DNA from: Vampirovibrionaceae bacterium NZW_1234
GTDB taxonomy: Bacteria > Cyanobacteriota > Vampirovibrionia > Vampirovibrionales > JAGQHJ01
Direction: 5' to 3'
Length of the DNA: 64,000 bases
Assembly (NCBI GenBank): GCA_041697335.1
Contig: JBGUGD010000002.1
Location: 32,001-96,000, forward strand
The translations under genes and the position numbers were made by a program. Position 1 is the first letter of the stretch, and each line of letters begins with the position of its first letter. Positions 20,203 to 29,433 of this stretch are shown piece by piece. Under the pieces are notes generated by a model. That model ran no database searches and was not told where the DNA came from. It saw only the letters and a program-made list of their open reading frames with translations.

Positions 20203-21687
20203 GTGTTTTCCTACCCGTCCAGTTACCCGTCCACGACGTGGACTTATTCGGCCCCTATGCCCGGTAATTCTTATTCCGGCGTGTCCTACTATGGTGCTTA
20301 TCCCGCAGCCGGTTCGGGGAGCTATGCCTATGGGTATTCGCCAAGCTGGATGTCCACCCCGCAGCCGGTGAGTGATGCTTACGTGAAACGATCTGAAATG
20401 CCCAATCGAGCGTCTCGCCCTACGGTACTCGATCTGCCGCCCATGGATAGCGATTTTCTGGCCTCGCTGATGCGTCGTGATTCGGATACGCCCGTGGTAT
20501 CGCACAGAACCAAGGTCAAGGCCCCCAGCAACGAGGAAATTCTGAGCCGCCGCCGTCAAATCCAGGAAGATCAGTCCGAGAAGAAAGGGATGGGGATTAA
20601 GACGGCACTGATGGTTGTTCCGTCGCTGATTCTGGGGATGGGATTGATTGGCTACCACATGTTTCGCAACCACACGCGGGAGGTTAAATTCGTGCCCGCA
20701 GATGACACCAAGGTGCCGAAAATTAAGCGGGTTCCTGAAAAGACCGTTGTGGCGGGCAGCGACAATTCGCCTGCCTGGACGCATTTCTCCGATCCGGCCC
20801 TGGCCGCCCAAGCCACCGGCATGTCTCTGGAACAGTTGAAGTCGATGACCACTCCCAAGTGGGAAAATGACTCCCTGGTGTTGAAATATGACATTCCCAT
20901 GTACCGCCAGCGGGATTATAAAGTGGCTGACAAGCCGCCGGGATGGTTTAAGGCGCTTCAGGCCGATACGTCCAGGCCCGATCATTTGAAGATGGGGGAT
21001 GTGGAGATGGTTCCCCTGTATGTGATTGCCCGCAAGGATTCGCTCACCACGGTAGGGCCGGTGGATGCGGAATTCATGAAGGATATCCAGGCCTCGGTGT
21101 GCAATGGTCTGGAGTGTCAGTTGTCGACCCAGCAGTTTATGTCGGTGCTGAATGAGCATGTGGCCGAGCGCTACAGCCAGGTCGCCGGGTCGATTGTGGC
21201 GGAAATCGATGAGATGTCCACACGCATCAATCGCAATGAGACAGCCTTGATTCCGGATCATGCCTCGAAGGTGACCCGGCAAATCCAGACCCTGAACAAG
21301 GGGCTTCAGGCACAAAATGCCCAAATGACCCAAATCCACGAGTTGTCCAGGCAGGTGCCCTTTGTTCCCGATAATCTGGTGGAGCAGTGGCAGTTTGGTG
21401 CCGATAAGCTGGATGACCGTTTTACGAAGCTTCGGACCCAATTGCACGAAACCAGCAACGCTTGCTACAATGCCCTGTCGGTGGAACAGAATCGGGGGCT
21501 GAAGAACCTGTCGCTGTTTCTGTTGATTCCGACCCTGACCGGGATGGTTGCCAGCTTGTATGGAATGAACGTTCCCTTGCCCGGGGGCAATGATAGCAGG
21601 ACTCTGCCTGTGGTGGCCTTTGGTGTTCCACTTCTGGCCTGGGGGCTGACCACGTTGCTGGGCCGGAAATTGAACGCCCCTCACTGA
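20203..21687 (+). CDS. CorA/ZntB-family divalent cation channel domain with an unusual N-terminal extension
   Basis: C-terminal IPTLTGMVASLYGMNVPLPG (GMN motif) plus a second TM helix. N-terminus is Tyr/Ser/Pro-rich with an extra TM segment. Confidence 0.8.
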   Translation: MFSYPSSYPSTTWTYSAPMPGNSYSGVSYYGAYPAAGSGSYAYGYSPSWMSTPQPVSDAYVKRSEMPNRASRPTVLDLPPMDSDFLASLMRRDSDTPVVSHRTKVKAPSNEEILSRRRQIQEDQSEKKGMGIKTALMVVPSLILGMGLIGYHMFRNHTREVKFVPADDTKVPKIKRVPEKTVVAGSDNSPAWTHFSDPALAAQATGMSLEQLKSMTTPKWENDSLVLKYDIPMYRQRDYKVADKPPGWFKALQADTSRPDHLKMGDVEMVPLYVIARKDSLTTVGPVDAEFMKDIQASVCNGLECQLSTQQFMSVLNEHVAERYSQVAGSIVAEIDEMSTRINRNETALIPDHASKVTRQIQTLNKGLQAQNAQMTQIHELSRQVPFVPDNLVEQWQFGADKLDDRFTKLRTQLHETSNACYNALSVEQNRGLKNLSLFLLIPTLTGMVASLYGMNVPLPGGNDSRTLPVVAFGVPLLAWGLTTLLGRKLNAPH

Positions 21688-21784
21688 TTGAACGCTTAAG
21701 CCCGGATAGTGATCCCCGTTTCTGTCGAGGCAAGTTTGTGCTACAGTTAAGCAGATGTAATGCTCACAACCAAGGAGCCCCCTG

Positions 21785-22003
21785 ATGTTTATGCCTGTTT
21801 CTTTTCCATTGTTTTTAGGTTCGCCGATGGAAGTTGGTTTGGTTTTTCTTGTGGTGCTGATTCTGTTCGGCCCGGGTAAGTTGCCGGAAGTCTTCCGCTC
21901 CTTGGGTGAAGGGGTTCGCAAGTTTAAAGAAGCCTCCAACGGTAATCTGGAAACCACCCCGACAGTACCGACCCTGCCTCGTTCAGACGAGCCGAAGGCG
22001 TAG
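21785..22003 (+). CDS. tatA: Twin-arginine translocase TatA/E
   Basis: VVLILFGPGKLPEVFRSLGEGVRKFKEA. Confidence 0.93.
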   Translation: MFMPVSFPLFLGSPMEVGLVFLVVLILFGPGKLPEVFRSLGEGVRKFKEASNGNLETTPTVPTLPRSDEPKA

Positions 22004-22011
22004 GGGTTTTG

Positions 22012-22833
22012 ATGAGTTCGGCTCATCGCTTTTGTTTTGCTTTGGCGCTGCTGGCACTGATTCTGGGTGGAATGCCCGTGTCCCTGAGTGCGGCAGAACC
22101 CGTCGGTCAGTCTGCTCCGGCACCGAGACCCGAAGTGGGTGTTTCTATTGAGGAGTCTGGCTCGAATCCTCAGTTGGGGGCCTACTATGAGCAATTCGCT
22201 GCTGAAGTGCGTCGACGCTGGCAGATTCCCACGGGCAATGTGCCTCTGCGGCTTCGGTTGCAAGGGTATGTGACGCACTTGGGGGAAGCTCAAAATGTTG
22301 AAGTCGTGGAGACTACAGGCGTCCCGGTTGTAGATAAAGCTGCCATTAGAGCTTTTGAGCAAGCCGCTTCGGTGAGGCCCCTGCCCTCGGCTTTTGCGGG
22401 TGACCGGCAGTTCATACGTCTGACGATGGTTACCTCGCCGTCGGACGTGGATACGGCTAAGCCGGTTAAAGCCGTCAATTTTGATCCGTTCCTGGCCGAC
22501 TTGAACAAGCGGGTGTAAAAACACTGGTTTCCCCAAGCCCGGCCCAACCAGCGGAAAAAGGGTGTCTTCAAGCTGACGGTCGGGCATGACGGGACCTTGA
22601 AACAGGTTCAGGTGGAAGAGTCCTTTGGTTCTGAAGAGGCCGATGCCGAGGCCATGGCCGCCTTCAAGAAGGCCTCGCCCTACAGTCCCTTGCCCAGTGA
22701 GTATACTGCCGAGAACCTGACCATTGATTTTGAACTCAGCTATGATATCAACTCCAAAGTGATGGATGACAAACCCCGAAAATCCACCGCTAAACGCCCT
22801 CCAGCCCGGAAGGGTGGGCGGGGGAAGCGGTAG
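22012..22833 (+). pseudogene. Exported protein with two TonB/TolA C-terminal domains, interrupted by an in-frame TAA at 22516-22518
   Basis: ORFs 22009-22518 and 22597-22833 are in the same frame. Read-through gives FLADLNKRV*KHWFP...LTVGHDGTLKQVQVEESFGSEEADAEAMAAFKKASPYSPLP, a second TonB_C-like domain. Confidence 0.8.
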
Positions 22834-22860
22834 GGCGCGATTTTTTTTGGGCTGATTTTC

Positions 22861-23061
22861 CGCGTTTTTCCGCTTTTTTACGCGTGGGGTTTTGGGGTTA
22901 AACTCAGGTGGGGACTTGGTTTTGGGTGGTTTTTACGGGAAGCCGAAACACGCGGTTTTTGCGCGTGTTTTTGGCCGATTCACGCGCGTTTCACGCGGGA
23001 TTTCGCGTGATTTTGCGGATTTACGCGTCAAACACGCGTGAATCACGCGCCATTTACGCGT
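22861..23061. repeat. Degenerate 10-11-bp tandem array of CGCG cores separated by A/T tracts
   Basis: CGCG at 22861, 22881, 22951, 22962, 22983, 22994, 23004, 23024, 23035, 23046 and 23057. Confidence 0.7.
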
Positions 23062-23594
23062 GGGGGTGGCTTGGATTGTAAAACTTGGTTTCATATGACG
23101 TTGTAAGTTGAGGGTAATGGATATAAATATTATATACCAAAAAGGCGAAAATCTTCTGGCTCTTAGGAAATTCTTAATAATCCGTGTGGAAATCCTTTCT
23201 GGGACTGGGGAATTTCTTTTATATGGTGATGTTGACTTTTCCTGGAGAGGATGTTCGGAATATCGTCTTCGAATGCCCGAGGCATAAAAAAACCTCCCGG
23301 TTGGGGGAGGTGGTTTGAACCCAAGTAATTTTGGGTTTGATAAAACCAGTATCGACCGGTTTTTTGAAAACTTTAGGGCCAAGGCCGATTTTTTTGAAAA
23401 GCCGGAAAAAATAGACCAAAAGGGCTTGGATAATCGGATGATTTCGGAAAAGCCATCATGGATATTCCAAAGTGAAAGGAGGCTGGAGGGCAGTGAATGA
23501 ACTTCTATTCAGAGTTGAATGACTGGGTGAATGGTGGACGTGGGCGTGGGTTTTTGCTAATGATAGGGGAGAAAGAGACGAATGGAGAAAGCAT

Positions 23595-24107
23595 ATGACC
23601 ACGACAGCGGGCGTCACCATTTTAGAACTGACCGGCCATATTATTGATTCCCTGACCCTGGCCAAGGTCATCGACAAAATCCAGGCGGCTGGGTTTGATT
23701 ATCAAATCAACGACATTCAGATCGGCCAATATAAAACCGATCCCTCTACAGTCCACTTTTCCCTGTGGACCCAGGACAATCCCGAGTTTGAAGCCTTGCT
23801 CGACGAATTAAGAGCCTATGGGGCTGAATCGGTTTCGGAAACCAATGTGTCACTCGCCCCATGTCCTGCTGATGGTGTGCTTCCCAAAGGCGCCTATACC
23901 CGCAAAAACCCGCCGATTCAGATTCAATGCATGAACGAGTGGCTGTCCGTGGAAAGCCAAGCCGGTGAGTTGGCCATTGTGGTTGATACCGCAAGTAAAA
24001 GTGCGTTGCTGAAAAACGTGCAAGACATTAAAGCCGGTGACTCTGTTGTGGTGGGTCATGCCGGGGTTCGGGTCATGCCGATGCTGAAGGCAGGCGCCCA
24101 TGTCTAA
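23595..24107 (+). CDS. Stand-alone LOR/SDH-type domain (middle module of ArgZ/AgrE, N-terminus of the TIGR00300 family)
   Basis: LELTGHIIDSLTL, APCPADGVLP and IKAGDSVVVGHAGVRV. Confidence 0.8.
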   Translation: MTTTAGVTILELTGHIIDSLTLAKVIDKIQAAGFDYQINDIQIGQYKTDPSTVHFSLWTQDNPEFEALLDELRAYGAESVSETNVSLAPCPADGVLPKGAYTRKNPPIQIQCMNEWLSVESQAGELAIVVDTASKSALLKNVQDIKAGDSVVVGHAGVRVMPMLKAGAHV

Positions 24108-24954
24108 TCTGTCTCAGCAGTATTTTGTTCCGACCAGTCCGCTGAAGGATACCTCCCGGCCGCATATTCTGATGAGTCCGCCGGACTACTTTACCGTCGA
24201 ATACGCGATTAATCCGTGGATGACCCAGGGGGCTGCCGATACGGATTTGGCCAAGACCCAGTGGGAGGCCCTGTATAAGGCCATTACCGAAAAGGCCGGG
24301 GCTTCGGTTCATATTCTGGATCCGGTCCAGGGGCTTCCTGATTTGGTCTTTACCGCCAATGCCGCATTTGTCTACAAGGACACCGCCATTATTGCCCATT
24401 ACAAGTTCGCCGAGCGCCAGCCGGAAGAGCCCTTCTGCGAAGCCTGGTTCAAGAAAAACGGCTACCGGACCATCACCATGCCCGAAGACATGTTTTTTGA
24501 AGGGGCCGGCGATGCCCTCATCTGGCAGGATCGGGTGTTTGCCGGGTACAAGACCCGGACGGATATTTTATCGCATCACATGATTACCCGGGAAACCGGC
24601 CTGCCGGTCTTGTCCATGGAACTCATCGATCCGCGGTTCTATCACATTGACGTGTGCATCTGCCCCTTGTACAACGGCTACTTTATTTATTATCCCGATG
24701 CCTTTGACGATTACGGCAAACGCGTGATTGAAGCCAATGTGCCCGCAGACAAGCTGATTCCCGTGACCGGTGAAGAAGCTTACAAGTTTGCCTGCAATGC
24801 GGTGAACATTAACGACACTGTGATCTTTAACCAGGGCTCCGACCGCCTGGCTGGGGAGCTGACCGAGCGCGGCTTCCAGGTGATTCAGGTGGATCTGAGC
24901 GAGTTTTTAAAAGCCGGGGGCTCGTCCAAGTGCCTCACCCTTCGGGTGGCGTAA
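24100..24954 (+). CDS. Guanidino-modifying (pentein) enzyme, ArgZ-type arginine dihydrolase domain
   Basis: ILMSPPDYFTVEYAINPWM, LPDLVFTANA, FEGAGD, FYHID and catalytic Cys in GGSSKCLTL. Confidence 0.9.
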   Translation: MSNLSQQYFVPTSPLKDTSRPHILMSPPDYFTVEYAINPWMTQGAADTDLAKTQWEALYKAITEKAGASVHILDPVQGLPDLVFTANAAFVYKDTAIIAHYKFAERQPEEPFCEAWFKKNGYRTITMPEDMFFEGAGDALIWQDRVFAGYKTRTDILSHHMITRETGLPVLSMELIDPRFYHIDVCICPLYNGYFIYYPDAFDDYGKRVIEANVPADKLIPVTGEEAYKFACNAVNINDTVIFNQGSDRLAGELTERGFQVIQVDLSEFLKAGGSSKCLTLRVA

Positions 24955-25237
24955 CCGCTTTTAGGTCATTCTAAACGCATTCTCTCTTCTTTTATAAAAG
25001 TCTTTCCGTCGGTTTTCCGCCGATGTCATCTGTGCTTTTGTCCGTTAAAACTGTCGTTTGGCGAAATGTCGGGTCGGCGACAAATTAATGTCGCGTCATA
25101 AACCGGTCTGTTTTTTATTTAGATTGTTTTTATATTTGTACAAAGGGTTATAAATCGGTTTCTCACTCACAACCCGCTAAAAACCCTCTGGGACAGTACT
25201 AGGACAGACAACGACATTTTGCTGGGAGGCTTTTGAT

Positions 25238-25885
25238 ATGACAACATCACGGATTGCCCCGATGGCTTCGGGGTTGGTTTGGAACGTACCTGTTCGTTCG
25301 GAAACCCTGAATGTGGTAGAAAATAATAATTTGCCTGTGGCGAATTTTGATTTTTCGAAACCGTATCAGGAATTTGGGACCGAGGATTTTCCTCTGGTGA
25401 CCAATGATGCTCCTCCAGGGACGATTACAAAATCCGGTTTTGCGGGTCCTGTAGCGTTGGCAAGTAATCCGGGTAGTGCTGCATCAGCACGTCGCTCGGA
25501 TGGTCCGGGTATTGAAAACGGTACCAAGATTGACTTGGGTAACTTCTGGCCGGATGATCTGAACTCCGTTCTGGCGAAACCGAAATTGGTGGTGGATTTA
25601 AAAGACGTCGGCAATATCGGAAATATGGTCACCAAGATTGGTATTAACGGCGATGTCCCAGGACAAGGGAACAAGACTTTCAACCTGTTGGAGTTCAAGG
25701 GTTTTAACTGGGGTCCGGAGTCTTTCCAGCGCAAGGCATTGGGTCTTGGCCTAGACATCGGCAAGGATGTATTAAGCCAGTTTTCTTCTCCAGGTAATGC
25801 GATTGATTTTATTAAAAATACAGTCAACAACCCACAGAAAGCACTGGTAGAAATGCTGCTTCGGGTTTCCAAACAGGAAGCATAG
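25238..25885 (+). CDS. Hypothetical protein (paralog of the next gene)
   Basis: RBS GGGAGG. Shares ALASN, F.L.EF.G and S..(R/Q)KA..(L/I)G..IG with 26069-26620. Confidence 0.8.
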   Translation: MTTSRIAPMASGLVWNVPVRSETLNVVENNNLPVANFDFSKPYQEFGTEDFPLVTNDAPPGTITKSGFAGPVALASNPGSAASARRSDGPGIENGTKIDLGNFWPDDLNSVLAKPKLVVDLKDVGNIGNMVTKIGINGDVPGQGNKTFNLLEFKGFNWGPESFQRKALGLGLDIGKDVLSQFSSPGNAIDFIKNTVNNPQKALVEMLLRVSKQEA

Positions 25886-25953
25886 ATTTTTCATTCACAT
25901 CGCTTCTTCATTTCATCGCTCCTGCTGTTATTGACAACCTAATCCCCTAGAGT

Positions 25954-25985
25954 GGACCAAGGCTTTACCCTCAAAGCCTTGGTCC
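25954..25985. terminator. Strong intergenic hairpin
   Basis: Perfect 13-bp stem GGACCAAGGCTTT/AAAGCCTTGGTCC with no clear U-tract. Confidence 0.55.
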
Positions 25986-26068
25986 CCAATCAGGAACGCA
26001 TTGGCCGAAGCGGAATAAAAAAGAAAGCATGACGTTAGACAATCGATTAATGATTATTAGGAGGCATT

Positions 26069-26620
26069 ATGGCACTTTCATCTGTAGTATTGGACCCTAT
26101 TCGTAAGACAGGTATTTTTAACGCACCTGCGCCCACAATTCGCCCGTACTATGAAGTTCCCCTGGATAAGTACACCAAGGACAATGTCATTCTGGACAGT
26201 GTTATTAAAAACCCTTCAATCTTAGCGTTGGCATCCAACAATGGCTCTTGGGATCCGGATAAATTTTTTGGTCATGTGACGCTTGGGGCAGATATCGGTA
26301 CGCGCCTGACCGGCAGAGAACGTCAAGAATTCACATTGTTTGAATTCAGTGGTCTGACCGGCAATGGTTCTACCCGTCGAGATCCGGATACGGGCAGACT
26401 GTATCACGTTGATTCGCTGGAACAGAAAGCCGAAAAAATTGGTACGGCCATCGGGGTTGGCGTTGGAAAGACGGCTATGACAACGGCGACATCCCTTCCG
26501 ACGATTGCCAGTAACCCCGGCAGAATGAAAGAGATTCTGACCGGCGGCATTAACGGGGCTGTTGGCGATGTGATGGAAGCTATCGGTTTACCTCGCGGCC
26601 GATTTGGAATCGCCGGTTAA
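26069..26620 (+). CDS. Hypothetical protein
   Basis: RBS AGGAGG; Gly-rich hydrophobic C-terminal half. Confidence 0.85.
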   Translation: MALSSVVLDPIRKTGIFNAPAPTIRPYYEVPLDKYTKDNVILDSVIKNPSILALASNNGSWDPDKFFGHVTLGADIGTRLTGRERQEFTLFEFSGLTGNGSTRRDPDTGRLYHVDSLEQKAEKIGTAIGVGVGKTAMTTATSLPTIASNPGRMKEILTGGINGAVGDVMEAIGLPRGRFGIAG

Positions 26621-26676
26621 TCGCATTCATCTGAGCGTTTCAATCGTAATTTAGAACAGACAGTGGAGGTTTTACT

Positions 26677-27408
26677 ATGACAAACATTCGTCCTGCAGAT
26701 AAAAGCGTTTACGTGGCGCCATCCGTTAACGGCTCGCTGATACCGAAGCCGCCTGTGGTTGCCACACCGGATAACCTGGTTTCCAATAATTTCAATAACA
26801 GTCAGGCATGTGATTTCTTATATCGAGTATTGATGCCATTGCCAAATATCGATTCGAACGCCGGTATCGTGGGTACCGTTGCAACCGTCTCCGGTCTGAG
26901 ATCGGTTTATTCAGCCGGTGCTGCCGTCGTGGATGGCGGGTCAAATCCTGACGCGAGAAATTCCGAAATTGTGGGAGATACCCTGGGTGCATTTAATCCA
27001 ATGGGGAAAGCCATTGCGGTCGTTGCCCTTGGTGGCGCCTATGGTTTAAGAGCCTTTCCGGGTATCACCGCAGATCCCAAAGGGACGACCAATGAGCTGG
27101 GTGGCAAGGTTTATCCCGGGAATCAGCCGGTTCAATCGGATTCAGCAAATGGAAAAGCGCTTCCACCGAAACCGGATGAAAAAGGAAGTGTCGTGCCAAA
27201 GCCGGCCCCAGAGCCCAAAAGTAAGTCAGCTTTGTTTGATAGTGCAGATCAAGGCGCTATGGCACCCAAACCGACAGAAAAAATTGTACTCGTAAAGCCG
27301 GTTGCATACGAAAATTCCACAATAGCACCCGGTGGTTCAAAGTATCTCGAAAAGGCCACGTCCTCCGATGATTATCGACGTGATGACAGACGTGTTGGTG
27401 CAAAGTAA
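26677..27408 (+). CDS. Hypothetical protein with two Gly/Ala-rich hydrophobic segments and a Pro/Lys-rich tail
   Basis: RBS GGAGG; followed by a terminator. Confidence 0.8.
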   Translation: MTNIRPADKSVYVAPSVNGSLIPKPPVVATPDNLVSNNFNNSQACDFLYRVLMPLPNIDSNAGIVGTVATVSGLRSVYSAGAAVVDGGSNPDARNSEIVGDTLGAFNPMGKAIAVVALGGAYGLRAFPGITADPKGTTNELGGKVYPGNQPVQSDSANGKALPPKPDEKGSVVPKPAPEPKSKSALFDSADQGAMAPKPTEKIVLVKPVAYENSTIAPGGSKYLEKATSSDDYRRDDRRVGAK

Positions 27409-27431
27409 TCTGAGCGCAACCTGAGACAGGT

Positions 27432-27473
27432 ATACATCCTCCTTTGAGCAAAGCCGAAGGAGGATGTATTTTT
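27432..27473 (+). terminator. Intrinsic terminator
   Basis: ATACATCCTCCTT/AAGGAGGATGTAT stem plus a T-tract. Confidence 0.75.
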
Positions 27474-27637
27474 AGCGGAGTTAGTTGATTTATTGAGAAT
27501 GATACACGGCCTGTGCATGTGAAGAAATGAAACAGTTTACCTCTCGGTAGGTTGGCTTAAATTGCGGCTGGGAATAACGAGTGTGGAGACATGTAAAACC
27601 TGCTGCGACATATCAATCTGTTCAACAAAGACTGTGA

Positions 27638-28786
27638 GTGGACTCGATGATGGGGGCGATGATGATGAGAGAATTGGCGCGAGCATTTTTGTCCTGTTTC
27701 ACTAGAGTGACGCAAATCCGTCCCCCGGGGCAACGGGGGCAGGCGGTGATTCAGACCGTCGGGCTTTTGTTTGTAACCCTGTTTGTCGGTGCCTTGGCCA
27801 TTGACACGGGGTTTTATTTTGCACGACATCAAGGCATGCGAAATGCATCGGAGGCCGCCGCCCTGGCCGCGACTTCGGAATTGTTCCGGACACAGGCCTC
27901 AAGTATTAGTTTGCGGCAATCAGCGGCTCGAAATGCGGCACGGACCTTGTCTCAGCAGAATATGAACAACCAGCTCAATGACGCCGACATCGAGTTTGGG
28001 TATGTGAATCCACAAGGCTCTTATAACGCCAGCACGTTTCTGACGCCGACCTCTAACAAGGCCTTTGCTGCCACGGGTGGATACAATGCGGTTCGTGTTA
28101 CGGTGCGGGCCGCCCAAGGGCAGGCCAATAGCGCTGTTCCAACCTTGTTTGCCAAACTCTTTGGAATTAACAGCGTCAATGCCGCTGCCCGGACCGTGGC
28201 GATTTATGGTGGTGCGGCTTCCAGTGTGGGGGGCTTGCGCCCGGTTTATATGTGTCAGGCCGCCTGGGATTATGCCCAGAATAATTTTGGGGATGCAACG
28301 ATTCCCGTGGTTCGTTTTTATGGCGAGACCCTGATGGTGAACGGAAACACCGTGAATGCGGCAAACAGTTGCGGTAATCTGGGGCCCGGCAACTGGGGCT
28401 TGGCCGACCTGGACAATGGCAATGGGGCGGTCGGGGCAAGCACCGTCCGTAATTGGTTTGCCAATGGCTATGACGGTCAGGTCATTGTGGGACAATGGTA
28501 TGATGCTCAGCCCGGAAATTCCATCAATGCTTACAGTTCGGAATTAAGCGCTCTGCAAAATGCCGGAACCGTCATTACCATTCCACTTTACAGCCAGACC
28601 CGGGGCAATGGATCCAATGCCGAATACCGGGTGTCGAGCATTGCGGGATTTGTCATTACCAATTTTCAATCGACCGGCAGCAATCGCTTTATCGAAGGCT
28701 ATTTTCGCCGGGCGCTTTGCCATAATTGTACTCTGGGCAATCCACCCATCAGTGGCGCGTTGACCCGGATTCGGATGGTTAATTAG
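27638..28786 (+). CDS. TadG-like Flp/Tad pilus-associated protein
   Basis: RGQAV-hydrophobic-ALAIDTG...MRNASEAAALAA Tad N-terminus; YNAVRVTV...VPTLFAKLFGI. Exact start uncertain. Confidence 0.85.
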   Translation: MDSMMGAMMMRELARAFLSCFTRVTQIRPPGQRGQAVIQTVGLLFVTLFVGALAIDTGFYFARHQGMRNASEAAALAATSELFRTQASSISLRQSAARNAARTLSQQNMNNQLNDADIEFGYVNPQGSYNASTFLTPTSNKAFAATGGYNAVRVTVRAAQGQANSAVPTLFAKLFGINSVNAAARTVAIYGGAASSVGGLRPVYMCQAAWDYAQNNFGDATIPVVRFYGETLMVNGNTVNAANSCGNLGPGNWGLADLDNGNGAVGASTVRNWFANGYDGQVIVGQWYDAQPGNSINAYSSELSALQNAGTVITIPLYSQTRGNGSNAEYRVSSIAGFVITNFQSTGSNRFIEGYFRRALCHNCTLGNPPISGALTRIRMVN

Positions 28787-28793
28787 TTTATCT

Positions 28794-29420
28794 CTACCGG
28801 GTGTCGATGTCCCAGGCCACCTGCTCCAGGAAGCCTGAGCCCAGAAATACGCAGAATTTTTCACCCTTGGGCGTCAAGTCGAGGGTGGGGGTTTTTGACC
28901 AATGCCAGAATCCGGGTCGGCGGATCGTGATGAAACCCAGCGCCTCCAGATCCTGGAGCGCCCGTTGAAACCCGGTATCAGTCATGGTTTTCAGCGGGAC
29001 CGGATCCGCACCCAGTTCCGGACGTAGGTAGGGTGAGGTGTCTGAAAGCCGGTGGCGCAGATTGGGGGTGACGGGAATGGGGCTTTTGTTGAATTTCTGG
29101 ATTCGGGCCACATCCAGAACCGCCATGACCACCGGGAGCGAGACGCCCTCATGCTGGATCCGGGCCAGCTCTTTCAGGCGCTTAAAGGCGCTCATCAGGC
29201 TTTCGCCGGTCGGGAAGAAATGGCGCTGCTGATGGCGGGGCGCCGTTGGATCGTTGTGACGGGGTGAGAACGGATCGGCATGGTCCACGAGCTTGGGAAG
29301 TGTGCCGAATCGCATGGCGTGGGTTTTTACCGATTTCGACAGGTCCGATCCCAAAGCGGGGGACCCGGATATCGGCCTCAGGGGTGGGCGGGTTTGTAGG
29401 GCAAAGGGGGACAGTCGCAT
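28794..29420 (-). CDS. Hypothetical protein with a possible C-terminal winged helix
   Basis: FQRALQDLEALGFITIRR...LDLTPKGEKF; low-complexity leader ending in MRFG. Confidence 0.7.
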   Translation of the reverse strand: MRLSPFALQTRPPLRPISGSPALGSDLSKSVKTHAMRFGTLPKLVDHADPFSPRHNDPTAPRHQQRHFFPTGESLMSAFKRLKELARIQHEGVSLPVVMAVLDVARIQKFNKSPIPVTPNLRHRLSDTSPYLRPELGADPVPLKTMTDTGFQRALQDLEALGFITIRRPGFWHWSKTPTLDLTPKGEKFCVFLGSGFLEQVAWDIDTR

Positions 29421-29433
29421 CGGTCAGGTCTCC

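Noticed and set aside
18571..22587. 1338-aa minus-strand ORF
   Set aside because: The first ~1020 codons are the antisense shadow of four plus-strand genes (small ORF, CorA-like, tatA, TonB-like). Only 18571-19521 looks like real protein.
22861..23140. CRISPR array, oriC or dif site
   Set aside because: There are no 23-47-bp identical repeats with spacers and no cas genes, no TTATCCACA clusters, and no convincing XerC/XerD arms.
22933..23500. ORFs in the 22.8-23.6 kb gap
   Set aside because: No RBS or recognisable protein features; composition is explained by the DNA repeat and A/T tracts.
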